DNA of 54,664 bases, filler included, from Stramenopiles sp. TOSAG23-2 (taxonomy: Eukaryota): the NCBI GenBank assembly GCA_900128395.1. It is 4 parts of 4 records of this genome, joined end to end, with 100 filler letters (N's around TTAATTAATTAA, not from the genome) between each part and the next. Parts side by side here need not be neighbours in the genome. Positions count along the whole stretch, not along the records: positions 41,089 to 54,664 come from LT649796.1; 3 more parts are not named here. One strand, given 5' to 3'. The notes beneath the pieces are model-generated. The model was not told the origin of the DNA. It was given only the letters and a program-made list of their open reading frames with translations, and did not search any database. Below are positions 44,701-54,109 of this stretch, in pieces; the first letter of the stretch is position 1, and the number at the start of each line of letters is the position of its first letter. The translations under genes and the position numbers were made by a program.

Positions 44701-45792
44701 CAAAAGATTTTGCAACGAGTAGATACGAATCACCGTGCTTTTTTTTTAATTAATGCAGCAAATAGATGGTTGTCAATCCGCTTGGAATTAATTGGTGGTA
44801 CTTTAACGCTTTTGACATGTATTATTTTAGTTATTTCTAGTACGCCAACAACTGCAGCTTTAGCTGGATTAGCCTTAGTCTATATAACACAAATGCTGAA
44901 TACATTGAATTGGGGTGTTAGACAAGTATCAGAAACGGAAGTGAGATTTAATGCTGTTGAACGATTGTTAGAATACCAAGGAGAACAATTTCCAAAAGAA
45001 AAATCTAGCACATTTAAAACAGATCCAACAACCAAGATGTGGCCCTCTCAAGGTAAAATTGAATTTGTATCTTACAGTATGCGATATAGAAAAAAATTAC
45101 CGTTGGTTTTGAAAAATATTTCATGCACTATACCTGCAGGCAGTCGTGTAGGAATTTGTGGAAGAACTGGTAGTGGTAAAAGCTCAATGTTTGTTGCACT
45201 TTTTCGACTTGTTGAACCTGCTGATGGTTCCATTAAGATTGACGATATTGATTCCAAGACTCTTGGTTTGAGAACTTTAAGAAGTCGGATTGCTGTAATT
45301 CCTCAAGATCCAGTTTTGTTTGTCGGTACTATACGTAATAATTTAGATCCATTTGAACAATATGAAGATTCTGAAATTTGGGATGCATTGAAATTATGTA
45401 ATATGTATGAAGCATGTAGTACACGGCCAAGTAAATTGGAATCAGCTGTTAGCGAGGGTGGGCAAAATTTTAGTCAAGGAGAAAGACAACTACTATGTAT
45501 TGCACGAGCTTTGTTAAGAAAACCAAAAATTTTATTATTGGACGAGGCGACCGCTTCTATTGATTTCAAAACTGATAAACTTGTACAAGACATGATACGA
45601 AAAAATTTCATAGGATGCACGACATTAACTATTGCACATCGGCTAAATACAATCGCTGATAGTGATTTGATAATGGTATTAGATGATGGAAAGATTGCTG
45701 AATTAGATACTCCAGAAAAATTAATGCAGTTGAAAGATGGCATTTATCGTGATATGGTAGATGCGGATGAGGTAAAAGAAAGTAATATATAA
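41779..45792 (+). CDS. ABC transporter subfamily C (MRP-like, full-size, no TMD0)
   Basis: FFSWL lasso; TMD1; NBD1 GKVGSGKSS / ISGGQKQR / ILDD; TMD2; NBD2 GRTGSGKSS / FSQGERQL / LLDEATA / IAHRL. ATG at 41779 (MDDNNN). Confidence 0.96.
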   Translation: MDDNNNNNNNQHLEPCYEEKAGFCSKRFFSWLGPLIKLASTKILKLPDLPDIVDSDKSNIQIEKFQKEWKRQIKENINKKNTTVTLISVLKKVYGPSFMSAGFVKLGHDILQYTAPILLSLILQFIENGSTDTFVIFNINIPTGIIFAILLFLNQVIQNFFLNAYFHRCYRIGMQTRACVISAIYNKSLHVSMSDQLDASTGSIVNLMSNDTNRIMRICSYGHNLWSAPFQIIVAFTLLMLYIGPSCVVGILVMIVSIPTKKYFARQIVNLREKVVKMTEQRVKLINDVLQGIRIIKLYAWEESFLKLISNVRQKEMDCLNKEIIVKSINETLWNLTPILVAMSTFAVYAYSGREMKASVIFTALALFTRIRFPLSVFPSMITSLIDFFVASDRITAFLHQQEVEGLKIYEKIDEVASITVEGDAIFMWNHHYNNSKKKSEKNVKEEEEEKKTNDGDDGGINTPTANATKAKENFLLKNINLTLKSGQLCMVCGKVGSGKSSLVQAILGEMKCKSGNVKIRGNLSYVPQSAWILNDTVRKNVILENEFDEAKYKMALDCSELISDLNILPAGDKTEIGEKGINISGGQKQRVALARAIYHDRDIVILDDVLSALDVHVGKKVFNKLILGQLKSKLVILVTHDLSLLQFADHILHIEDGEIVSSGSYDFLMKNNNQFQDLLVDIEQNRKDDTNVKEEESIVVKTTTADATNIDTNNVLIETKAENTNKSTDEERKAGSKMIKAEVRAKGSVSSKTVFAYFGSFFPRMSSGMTIALILFFMALAKGLTLATSWWLSWWVTSVELSISGYVDHAFFIGMYGLFTFGVLILILISSIFTATGAISAATRLHDNMLSALLSAPMYWFETTPTGRTLSRCSKDVDEADTLLRQAFTSMLNCMVESLSILVLVTILTGGWLIMGLIPVTFLYYHAMIYYRKTSRELKRLESVSRSPIFSHFSETLNGLSSVRTFQIENVFEQKILQRVDTNHRAFFLINAANRWLSIRLELIGGTLTLLTCIILVISSTPTTAALAGLALVYITQMLNTLNWGVRQVSETEVRFNAVERLLEYQGEQFPKEKSSTFKTDPTTKMWPSQGKIEFVSYSMRYRKKLPLVLKNISCTIPAGSRVGICGRTGSGKSSMFVALFRLVEPADGSIKIDDIDSKTLGLRTLRSRIAVIPQDPVLFVGTIRNNLDPFEQYEDSEIWDALKLCNMYEACSTRPSKLESAVSEGGQNFSQGERQLLCIARALLRKPKILLLDEATASIDFKTDKLVQDMIRKNFIGCTTLTIAHRLNTIADSDLIMVLDDGKIAELDTPEKLMQLKDGIYRDMVDADEVKESNI

Positions 45793-46060
45793 AAAGAGGG
45801 TGAGGGAAAAATAAATATGATTATCGTCCCCGTATATTTTTATATCATACTTTTTATATTTTTATATATACTCGTTTTGTTTCATGTTTCACACACTATA
45901 TTTTATGGTATCACTTACGAAGTAGATTTTATGTTTTATGGCATCATAACACTACGAAGTAATGATATATTGATATGATTGTATATATAGTACGTATATG
46001 AGTAAGAGAACATTTTATATATACGCTCGTATGATATCATATTTGATACGAAGGTTCGTA

Positions 46061-48724
46061 CTACTTCTTTCTGCTTATGTTGCCAATTCCCTGTTTCCCA
46101 TTATTCCACGTTCCTTCGATAACCTCGCCGTCTCGTTTTGAGAATCTACCACGACCATCTTTTTTTGAGTTTTTCCATGTACCACTATATACATGCCCAG
46201 CAGCATATTTCATAGTACCCATTCCATTCATTTCATCAGCTACCCATTTACCATGATATTTATCACGATTCCAAAATAACATTTCTCCAAAACCATTTTT
46301 ACGATCATTTCTCCAATTGCCTGTATATTCATTGCCATTATTATAATAATGTTTTCCAACACCATAACGTTTGTCATATTTCCATTCACCTTCATATATC
46401 TCTTTATTTGCATAAACAAGCTTACCTTGGCCATTTTTATAATGGGTCATATCTTCACCGACAGCAATTTCACCATCATATATATCACCTTCTGGATAAA
46501 TTAATTGACCTTTATTATTTACTAATTTGCCATCTATCCAAGTGCCATTACAGCGTACACCATTTTTAAAGATAATAACTCCATTGCCATTATACGTATC
46601 GTCCCCACCCCATTTGCCTTCATATCTTTCACGTGCATCTTTATTAGATAAATACTTTTGCTTACCACGACCACAACGCTTATCTTGTGCCCATTTGCCT
46701 TCATATTCTACGCTAGTATCATCTTCCGCCACATCAATATATGTACCATATCCTTTTCGTTGATCATTTTCATATTCACCATCATATTTATTATTTGTTT
46801 TCATGTATTTGCTAACGCCTTTTCCATGGCGAACACGGCCCAACCCGACTACTTTGGTATCACCATGGTATTCATACGTCGAAGTTTTAATTGTCCTATC
46901 GTCCGCTTTTTCCTTCTCCTTCTGCATGCGTATATCATCTAATGAGACATATTTTTGTAATGAAAAGGATGATACATCCCCGCGATGATTTCGACCATCC
47001 CATCCTCCAAATATTAATACTTCTGAAAGTGGAGGCGTTGTTACAGTAATATCAATTTCATTATTAACATTTGTTACAGTTTGTGATGCATTGCCATTTA
47101 ATGATAGCATTGTGTGACCAATTAATGCTGATGGGGTGGAAAAATTGATATCGTTAAATTTGTCTGGTTGCTCCCCGAATGCTTCCATCATATCATTTGC
47201 ATCTCGTACTTGCATTGTGTTTACTTGACCATCCTCCACGCCAATTGAGAATAAATTGCATGGTGCCATGCCTTCCCTTCTTCGCCCACCATACACAATA
47301 ATAATTCGCTTCAAATTACCATCTTTAGGGTTATTATAATCTATATCATACGCAACTGTCGTTTGATACCAACGTCTTAATGATAACATAGGTGCTACAG
47401 AGCCAGATAATTTAACTTCAGACCAAGTCCATACCCGGTCTAAACCATCATCAGCTACTGTAATAGTTAATACATGCATAGACTCGGATGTGCTTAAAGG
47501 TGGTAACATTTCATCTTGTTCAACTAGCTGCTTGTTATCTCCCTCTTTCTCCCCTTCTTCTTCTTCTTCCTCCTCCTCACCACCATTACCAGAAACACTT
47601 CCATTTTCCATATCTTCACCTTCCTCTCCATCCAGTATAATACTTTCATTTCTTTCCAATTTTGGATAGTAATCCCCACCTAGGATAATAACACGAGCGA
47701 ACATTTCACCAGGTGTTGCACGTATAAATAAGCATTTATCTTCCTCTGATTCTTCTTCCTCTTCCCCCTCCGATGCATTGCTTTTTTCACCTTCTTCTTC
47801 CCCTTCGTTCTCCTCATCATTTCCTGTTTTCTCCTCAACAACAACAGGTGGTTTTTCAAGTGGTGGCCAATTAGGTGGATTTGCCAATGGCACTGCAATC
47901 ATATTATGTCGATAACGTGGCGATGGTTCTTCTCCGGTAGTTTTCGGAATTTGCCACATATTTTGCAAGGCATCAAAAACGCAAAAGTCACCTAACGGCA
48001 AGTTTTCACTATTTAATCCACCAAATATTGCAAATTCAATATTGGTCAACTTACTAGAAGCATGCCAACGACGTGGTTCAGGTACAATTCGGACTGGTTT
48101 ACTATTACTACTATCATCACCTTCAGCATTTTCCTCTTCTTCATTTTTAGAGTCTTCCTCCTCTTCTGTTTTTTTGGATTCCATATTATCATTATATTCT
48201 TCTGGCGTAACTATAGGTAGTATTTCCCAACGAAGTTTGTTTAGAAACATACCGTCCTCATCAGTAACTTTGATTCTTACAGTATCATTTAACAAGGTTT
48301 CTTTCCCAGGAACTTTGTCATCGTCAATAATTTCACCACCAAATACATATATATACTGGTCATCCATTAATGTTTCAGCAACATGACCTACTCGTTTTTT
48401 TACATGCCCAACTTTTGGGTCATACACGTTTATGCTATTAACCCAACGTCGGTTATTATTATTATTATTATTATTATCATTATTATTATCGTTTTCATAG
48501 ATAATTGATGTTTTTGTTTCTTCCTTATTTTCATTTGCTTCATATTTTTCAACTGCACGTACAGGCATTGGATTCAACCCACGTTCTTTTGCAGTGCCCA
48601 TTCTTAAACGCCCACCAACAATGTATGCACGATTTTTCACACGTGTTGCAACACTATTCACAAAATTATATTGTTCCTCTTCAATTGCAGTGCCATATTG
48701 TCCAGATGAATCACCTTTATTCAT
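46061..48724 (-). CDS. Kelch-repeat plus MORN-repeat protein with acidic loops
   Basis: Kelch motifs (RVGH..IYVFGG, PEPRRWHAS..IFGG, PSPRYRH, VYGG, LIGH..IFGGWDG) at aa ~30-590. About 10 MORN repeats (YEGEWKYDKRYGVGKHYY) at aa ~625-880. Confidence 0.88.
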   Translation of the reverse strand: MNKGDSSGQYGTAIEEEQYNFVNSVATRVKNRAYIVGGRLRMGTAKERGLNPMPVRAVEKYEANENKEETKTSIIYENDNNNDNNNNNNNNRRWVNSINVYDPKVGHVKKRVGHVAETLMDDQYIYVFGGEIIDDDKVPGKETLLNDTVRIKVTDEDGMFLNKLRWEILPIVTPEEYNDNMESKKTEEEEDSKNEEEENAEGDDSSNSKPVRIVPEPRRWHASSKLTNIEFAIFGGLNSENLPLGDFCVFDALQNMWQIPKTTGEEPSPRYRHNMIAVPLANPPNWPPLEKPPVVVEEKTGNDEENEGEEEGEKSNASEGEEEEESEEDKCLFIRATPGEMFARVIILGGDYYPKLERNESIILDGEEGEDMENGSVSGNGGEEEEEEEEGEKEGDNKQLVEQDEMLPPLSTSESMHVLTITVADDGLDRVWTWSEVKLSGSVAPMLSLRRWYQTTVAYDIDYNNPKDGNLKRIIIVYGGRRREGMAPCNLFSIGVEDGQVNTMQVRDANDMMEAFGEQPDKFNDINFSTPSALIGHTMLSLNGNASQTVTNVNNEIDITVTTPPLSEVLIFGGWDGRNHRGDVSSFSLQKYVSLDDIRMQKEKEKADDRTIKTSTYEYHGDTKVVGLGRVRHGKGVSKYMKTNNKYDGEYENDQRKGYGTYIDVAEDDTSVEYEGKWAQDKRCGRGKQKYLSNKDARERYEGKWGGDDTYNGNGVIIFKNGVRCNGTWIDGKLVNNKGQLIYPEGDIYDGEIAVGEDMTHYKNGQGKLVYANKEIYEGEWKYDKRYGVGKHYYNNGNEYTGNWRNDRKNGFGEMLFWNRDKYHGKWVADEMNGMGTMKYAAGHVYSGTWKNSKKDGRGRFSKRDGEVIEGTWNNGKQGIGNISRKK

Positions 48725-49391
48725 TCTTCTTATTTATTCTACTATAATACTATCCAATATATACTCCTTCTTATTATCTTGTTTTCCAAAATGAAATATC
48801 TATATATTCAACTATGTAGACACGTTATTAAAACTACAAAAATGTGAAAAAGGAGGTAGGTAAATAGATGTATATATTTACAGATATATATATCTCTTAT
48901 ATAGATCATTCCCCAATGCAATGATCTACAGTAATATAATATTATATTCTTGCCCATCAATGTTGTTTTTTGGTTGTTGTTGTTCAACGTCTTGCGTTGC
49001 GCGTTGCTTCGATGAAACGACGTGTTTCCATATTCTATTATTTCCCATTTCCCCCATAGTGAATAGTGTTAAAAATGGCACATAGAGGGTCCTTCTAGGA
49101 AAAATTCTTCTAAAATCCGTCTCATACTTTTTTAAAAATATATTAAGTATATATATTTGTATACTAAGATTAATATTTTGACAGCAATATTAGTGTACGA
49201 ATATAATTATATACTTAATATATTTTAAAAAAAGTATGAGACGGATTTCAGAAAAAATTTTTCCTCATGTATGTTCGAATTATTATTACAATTATATAGA
49301 CTTTTCAAAGGAAAATGGCACTGCGTATATTCTAGATTATATATTTTTAGAAAAATTTATGCTCTCTATTAATAACAGAGTCGTCACATGC

Positions 49392-52300
49392 TCATGTCAA
49401 TGGATTGAAAAATGGTACAAATTGTGTGATTCGTTTCCGTGTAAATGGACATAATCCTCTTAAACTGGATGTACATTCTTCGCATATTAATTTCCCACTT
49501 GGAACAATCAAGCGATCGACTTCTCGTTCCATGCAAATTTTACAAATAAATGCATCAGCAACACGTTGTGAATAAAGTTCTTTTTCTTTCTTTATTTCTT
49601 GAAATTTTTTATCACGTACACGTAATGTTTCTACTTCTTTCCTTAATGCAAGCGTTTCTGCCATTAAATCAGCTTGGTTAGAATCTATACTAAGATCTAC
49701 TTTTGCAAGGATATCTTCCACTGCTTTGATATACTTTGCACTATCCAGTGGTCGTAATTTGTCATTACTTTCAATAGGTATAATATTTGATGAAATATTA
49801 TTGTTATTATCTTCTTCTTCTTCTACCACTCCTTTTGACTCATTGTCTCTACGTATATCTTTCTTATTGCCTCCTCCTCCTCCTCGTTTTCTAAATGGAT
49901 CTACTTTCCGTAAAAGACCAAATTCATCATCTGAAGACCTTTGTCTTCGTAAAGGAGACCCAGTACCAATTGCATCATTTTTCCTGCTTGAAGATGTTTG
50001 AAAGGAATATACAGAGGAAGATAATAATAGTTTTCTTTTACCACCCGGTCCTATAAGCAAATCAACATGTTTTAATGTATTTCCAGATTCATCAGACGTA
50101 CCGACTACGACGGCGTATCTCATTCGTAATTTTAATGATAATTGTCTAGCTAATTCATTCATGTTGTTTAATGATTGTTCAGACATAGCATCACGTCTAG
50201 ATAGTAAAACAGGTTCATTCTTCTTTTTCTGCTTATTATTATTATTATTATTATTATCATCATCGGGATGACCAAGCATATCAATATCATCAACGCCATT
50301 CTCATTCGTACTACTATCTTTACCTTCAATCGCAACAATTTCACCTGGAATGAACACACGCAACGGTGCTAACATCAACATTTCACGATCCTCATCTGTA
50401 ACTATAGCGCCAGGTTGACCACGACGACGTTCCATACTTCCTCCTTGATCATGGGATATACCATGAATTCGTAATATCGTTTCAAACACGACATTAAAAT
50501 CAAAATCTCTTAGATTTATATCCAATTCAATACTTTTACTCATAGCTGATAGTAATGAATCTAATACCATTGGATAATCTTTGAATTGAAAATTAAAAAT
50601 TTCATTGATTGCCATTGATAATATTTGTTCCACTCGTATTGAATTACTTTTAACTTTATTTAATGCTAGTACAATTTTTGATTCTTTTCTATCAATATAG
50701 AAACTGCTATCATCTTGCTGTCCAATACGCGTGACATCTGTTCCACGTCGTAGTGTTTTACCAACATTAAATTTCATTTTAAATTTACTTTTTATTTTAT
50801 CAACAAATACAACAGTGAAATTAGATAATTTACGTGATACCAATTCCGCATGATGTTTTAATTCATCAACACCATCGTTTGCAACGTTACTGCCATTATC
50901 TGGAAGTTGATTTAATATAATACCAACAGCTTTGTGAAATAAGTTATTTCGTATAAAAGAAGTAAAATCTTCACCCATTAACAATCGTTCTTTCATCGTC
51001 TGCTCTTCCATATTACTACTATTATCACCATTTGTATTATTACTTATTGGAACAAATTCTTCTATGATAACATCTGATAGTGATGGGATGGATAATGATC
51101 TACATGTATCAATATCCATTTTCCAACATGCAAAATTCATTTTCGATTCATCAATTCTACGCAATAAATTCGGATTGTTTCGATAAATACAAGAAGACGA
51201 TAATACAAGTCTTCCAGATTCATCTGGTACATATGGAACTGCTACTTTGTTATCGCTACCATTGGTAATATTGGTAGATGATTGTACAATTAAATGAATA
51301 ACTTTTAAAACTGCATTCAATTCATTTGGATTTAATTGGAAATTTCCTGTTTCCTTTTTTAATTGAATTAAAAAATTACGATAATCATCTATCAATGGTT
51401 TATCTGATGCACCAAGTTTCATTAACATTTTCTCAAATGCACCAAATGCCCTTGGAACTTCAAACATAAAAGGAGCCAAATTAGTTGTTAATCGAAAATA
51501 TAAACGTGTTGGTCGAATCATTAAGCTACCAACAGGTAAACGGAAAAATAATCTCAATGCATTCACCTCTCTGTTATGTTCTGGAGACAATTCATTCATA
51601 TTATCACCCCATCGCTTTTCAAAATATCTTAAAATACTATAAAATACTTCGTGTGGTGGATCAGGGTATGCCATGACTAATGTACCATTGTCTATATCGC
51701 TGCATATTTCTTGTAAATGTGCCATGACAACATGATGTGGTGGTGGTGTTTTCAAACCAATTTTTTTCAAAACCAAATGTTGTATTTGATATCGTTCTGG
51801 TAATATTGGCATTTGTGTCCATCCTAAATGACGGTCCGCGTATAATAAACATGCGGAAAAAGTTACCATTACCTTTCTTTGTGCATTAGCTGCTGCTGTT
51901 GGATCATTATTCTTATCATTATTGGTGTCACTTTTTTCTTTTAATCTTCCATTATTATTTTTAATAATAGAAGCTGATGATAATGGTTGCACGACTGGTA
52001 CAAACGCTATGTCACGTAATCGATTAATGGATTCGACACTATATAATTCAGTGAAATGAGCATCAAAATAAATGATTAAATTACCAGCTTTTGTTGCCAA
52101 TTCATTATCAATGTAACCATTATTTCTCATTTGTATTTGTCCATCTAATGCTAATTTATTTGCACATTTAAAATAAACATTAGCGGTTATCTCGTTCTTT
52201 AACCCAATTTCACGTAAAAATATCAACCAATCTTTCTGTAAATATTTACCACTTGGAAATTGGTATGGTTGATCACTAAAAACAGATTTCAATATTTCAT

Positions 52301-53135
52301 TTTCTGGATCATATAAATCTTTTGCTGAAAAAAAAGCAACTTGTCTACTTCCAAAATTATTTGTATTGTTTCTAACATTGCTTTCATTATATACATTTGG
52401 AATAAATTGTAACGTTTCCATTGTTTTTATCAGTTCATCATTTTTCAGATTTTCCCATTTGTTTTTAATAGATCGTATAACTTGTTCCTTCTCCGTATCA
52501 CTAAGCTTATTAAAATCTGGCAAAACAAATTTTTGAACTACGTCACGTTCTCCCAATGATTCTACAGCTAAATCTTCATATAAATCTTGACTTTCTCGAC
52601 TTACTGGACGTTCTAATACTTTACTTTTGGATTCCTGTGACAATGGAAATGAATTTGTATTTGTACCTGGGGTGAATGTATAATATGTATTATTATTGTT
52701 GTTGTTGTTGTTGTTTCGTGCTGTGGTTGATCTATTTGTCAAAGCAACACAAGGACCTCCAACTGTTGGATATATAGGCATTTTTTTCAATTTCGTTCTT
52801 TCACTATTTGAATATCCACCAACATTTCTAGACATGGTTGCAAAATAGGATAGTAAATATGATTTTTCATTTTTTGAAACATTCTCCCATTTTAATGGTC
52901 TATTGCTACCATTGTTATTTCCATTTGGATTATTAAAGCCAAATATATTTGTTTTATTCTTTTGTGTACTAAATTTTTCTTCAATATCATCAATGGCAGT
53001 AATAATTTTTTGTGGCAAACGTTCTGCAAATTGATTTTGTATTCGTTGTTTTTGCTCCGTTTCAAAAAATGCCAATTCCAACAACGGGGCATTGATCCCA
53101 TTTAAGACGGCATGCAATCGTTGATTATTCTCCAT
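49392..53135 (-). CDS. Sacsin-like protein (C-terminal part only) ending in a coiled coil and degenerate RING/U-box
   Basis: Sacsin-type motifs AKDLYDP, QFPS..Y..WLIFLREIGLK, PTRLYFRL..NLAPFMFEVP, LNPNELNAV, VPD..GRLV, RRGQPG, PLRVFIPGEIVA, LLLSSSVYSF. C-terminus CKIC...CEEC...CPFTR. Confidence 0.82.
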   Translation of the reverse strand: MENNQRLHAVLNGINAPLLELAFFETEQKQRIQNQFAERLPQKIITAIDDIEEKFSTQKNKTNIFGFNNPNGNNNGSNRPLKWENVSKNEKSYLLSYFATMSRNVGGYSNSERTKLKKMPIYPTVGGPCVALTNRSTTARNNNNNNNNNTYYTFTPGTNTNSFPLSQESKSKVLERPVSRESQDLYEDLAVESLGERDVVQKFVLPDFNKLSDTEKEQVIRSIKNKWENLKNDELIKTMETLQFIPNVYNESNVRNNTNNFGSRQVAFFSAKDLYDPENEILKSVFSDQPYQFPSGKYLQKDWLIFLREIGLKNEITANVYFKCANKLALDGQIQMRNNGYIDNELATKAGNLIIYFDAHFTELYSVESINRLRDIAFVPVVQPLSSASIIKNNNGRLKEKSDTNNDKNNDPTAAANAQRKVMVTFSACLLYADRHLGWTQMPILPERYQIQHLVLKKIGLKTPPPHHVVMAHLQEICSDIDNGTLVMAYPDPPHEVFYSILRYFEKRWGDNMNELSPEHNREVNALRLFFRLPVGSLMIRPTRLYFRLTTNLAPFMFEVPRAFGAFEKMLMKLGASDKPLIDDYRNFLIQLKKETGNFQLNPNELNAVLKVIHLIVQSSTNITNGSDNKVAVPYVPDESGRLVLSSSCIYRNNPNLLRRIDESKMNFACWKMDIDTCRSLSIPSLSDVIIEEFVPISNNTNGDNSSNMEEQTMKERLLMGEDFTSFIRNNLFHKAVGIILNQLPDNGSNVANDGVDELKHHAELVSRKLSNFTVVFVDKIKSKFKMKFNVGKTLRRGTDVTRIGQQDDSSFYIDRKESKIVLALNKVKSNSIRVEQILSMAINEIFNFQFKDYPMVLDSLLSAMSKSIELDINLRDFDFNVVFETILRIHGISHDQGGSMERRRGQPGAIVTDEDREMLMLAPLRVFIPGEIVAIEGKDSSTNENGVDDIDMLGHPDDDNNNNNNNKQKKKNEPVLLSRRDAMSEQSLNNMNELARQLSLKLRMRYAVVVGTSDESGNTLKHVDLLIGPGGKRKLLLSSSVYSFQTSSSRKNDAIGTGSPLRRQRSSDDEFGLLRKVDPFRKRGGGGGNKKDIRRDNESKGVVEEEEDNNNNISSNIIPIESNDKLRPLDSAKYIKAVEDILAKVDLSIDSNQADLMAETLALRKEVETLRVRDKKFQEIKKEKELYSQRVADAFICKICMEREVDRLIVPSGKLICEECTSSLRGLCPFTRKRITQFVPFFNPLT

Positions 53136-53431
53136 GGTTGTTGTTGCTGTTGTTGTTTCTCTCTCGTCAATGTTTCTTTTATCCTTCTTCTTTCACAAAA
53201 CAATATGATGTACATTGTTGTGTTGATTCAATGTTTTTTTGTTGAAAAAACTACTAAGATTTGTTTTAATACCTATAATAATAGGAAAAGTTTACTGACT
53301 TAGACTACGATATGGTACAGATTAGAATAGATATTAAATAACATCATCATATCATCATGTACGATTTTCCATTTTAATTTGCTTCTTCGTTTTGCTGTGC
53401 TAAATTTTTATTTTTATGTCATTTATAGATT

Positions 53432-53936
53432 GTGCATTGTGCCAGTCGTTTAATGTGTGTCATATTAATATGTAAAACCAATGCTACTCAGTGCTATTTT
53501 ATAATATTATACTTGATAGACTATACATTTTGATAGTAAACAATGAAATGAGGTTAAAAATCAATCATTTTTGCGGAAATATTTATCAATTTTCAGGGAA
53601 AAAATGTGATGAAAATGTGAAAATGGAAATCACTGAAATACCTATCAAAATAACAATGGTAGCAATAGACCATTAAAATGGGAGAATGTTTATGGAAATC
53701 ACTGAAATACCTATCAAAATATTCATAATTATACTTAAACTGGTAATGAGAATACTACTAATTATAAAAAATGAAAAAATCACTGAAATACCTATCAACA
53801 TATTCATAATTATACTTAAACTGCTAATTAGAATACAACTAATTTATAAATATAAAAATAGCACTGAGATAGCATTGTTTTTACATATTAATCGTCTTTT
53901 GACTATTGACATTCCCTTAAACGAATGGCATTGCAC
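53432..53936. mobile_element. Putative non-autonomous foldback/MITE-like element with imperfect TIRs and internal 81-bp tandem repeats
   Basis: attaatatgtaaaaccaatgctactcagtgctattttata (53464-53503) is nearly the reverse complement of tataaaaatagcactgagatagcattgtttttacatattaat (53851-53892). Weaker similarity extends outward to gtgca/tgcac. Internal units aaatcactgaaatacctatcaa at 53696 and 53777. Confidence 0.5.
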
Positions 53937-54109
53937 CACTCCAGCACTCCAGCACTATTATTTCCATCAAAAAATCTACCAAAAACAACAAAAAACAACA
54001 AAAAACAAAAGTTTTTTGATGAACGAAGGAAAAATGAAAAATGGAAAAAACAATCAGAAAATGGAAAAGAAATGATTCTACCTTTGATAAGATTCTACAT
54101 CTAAATACG

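Noticed and set aside
53623-53870. CRISPR-like repeat-spacer pattern (30-bp repeats around a gene-derived insert)
   Set aside because: Only one unique insert; the other units are degenerate tandem copies; the context is eukaryotic and no cas genes are present.
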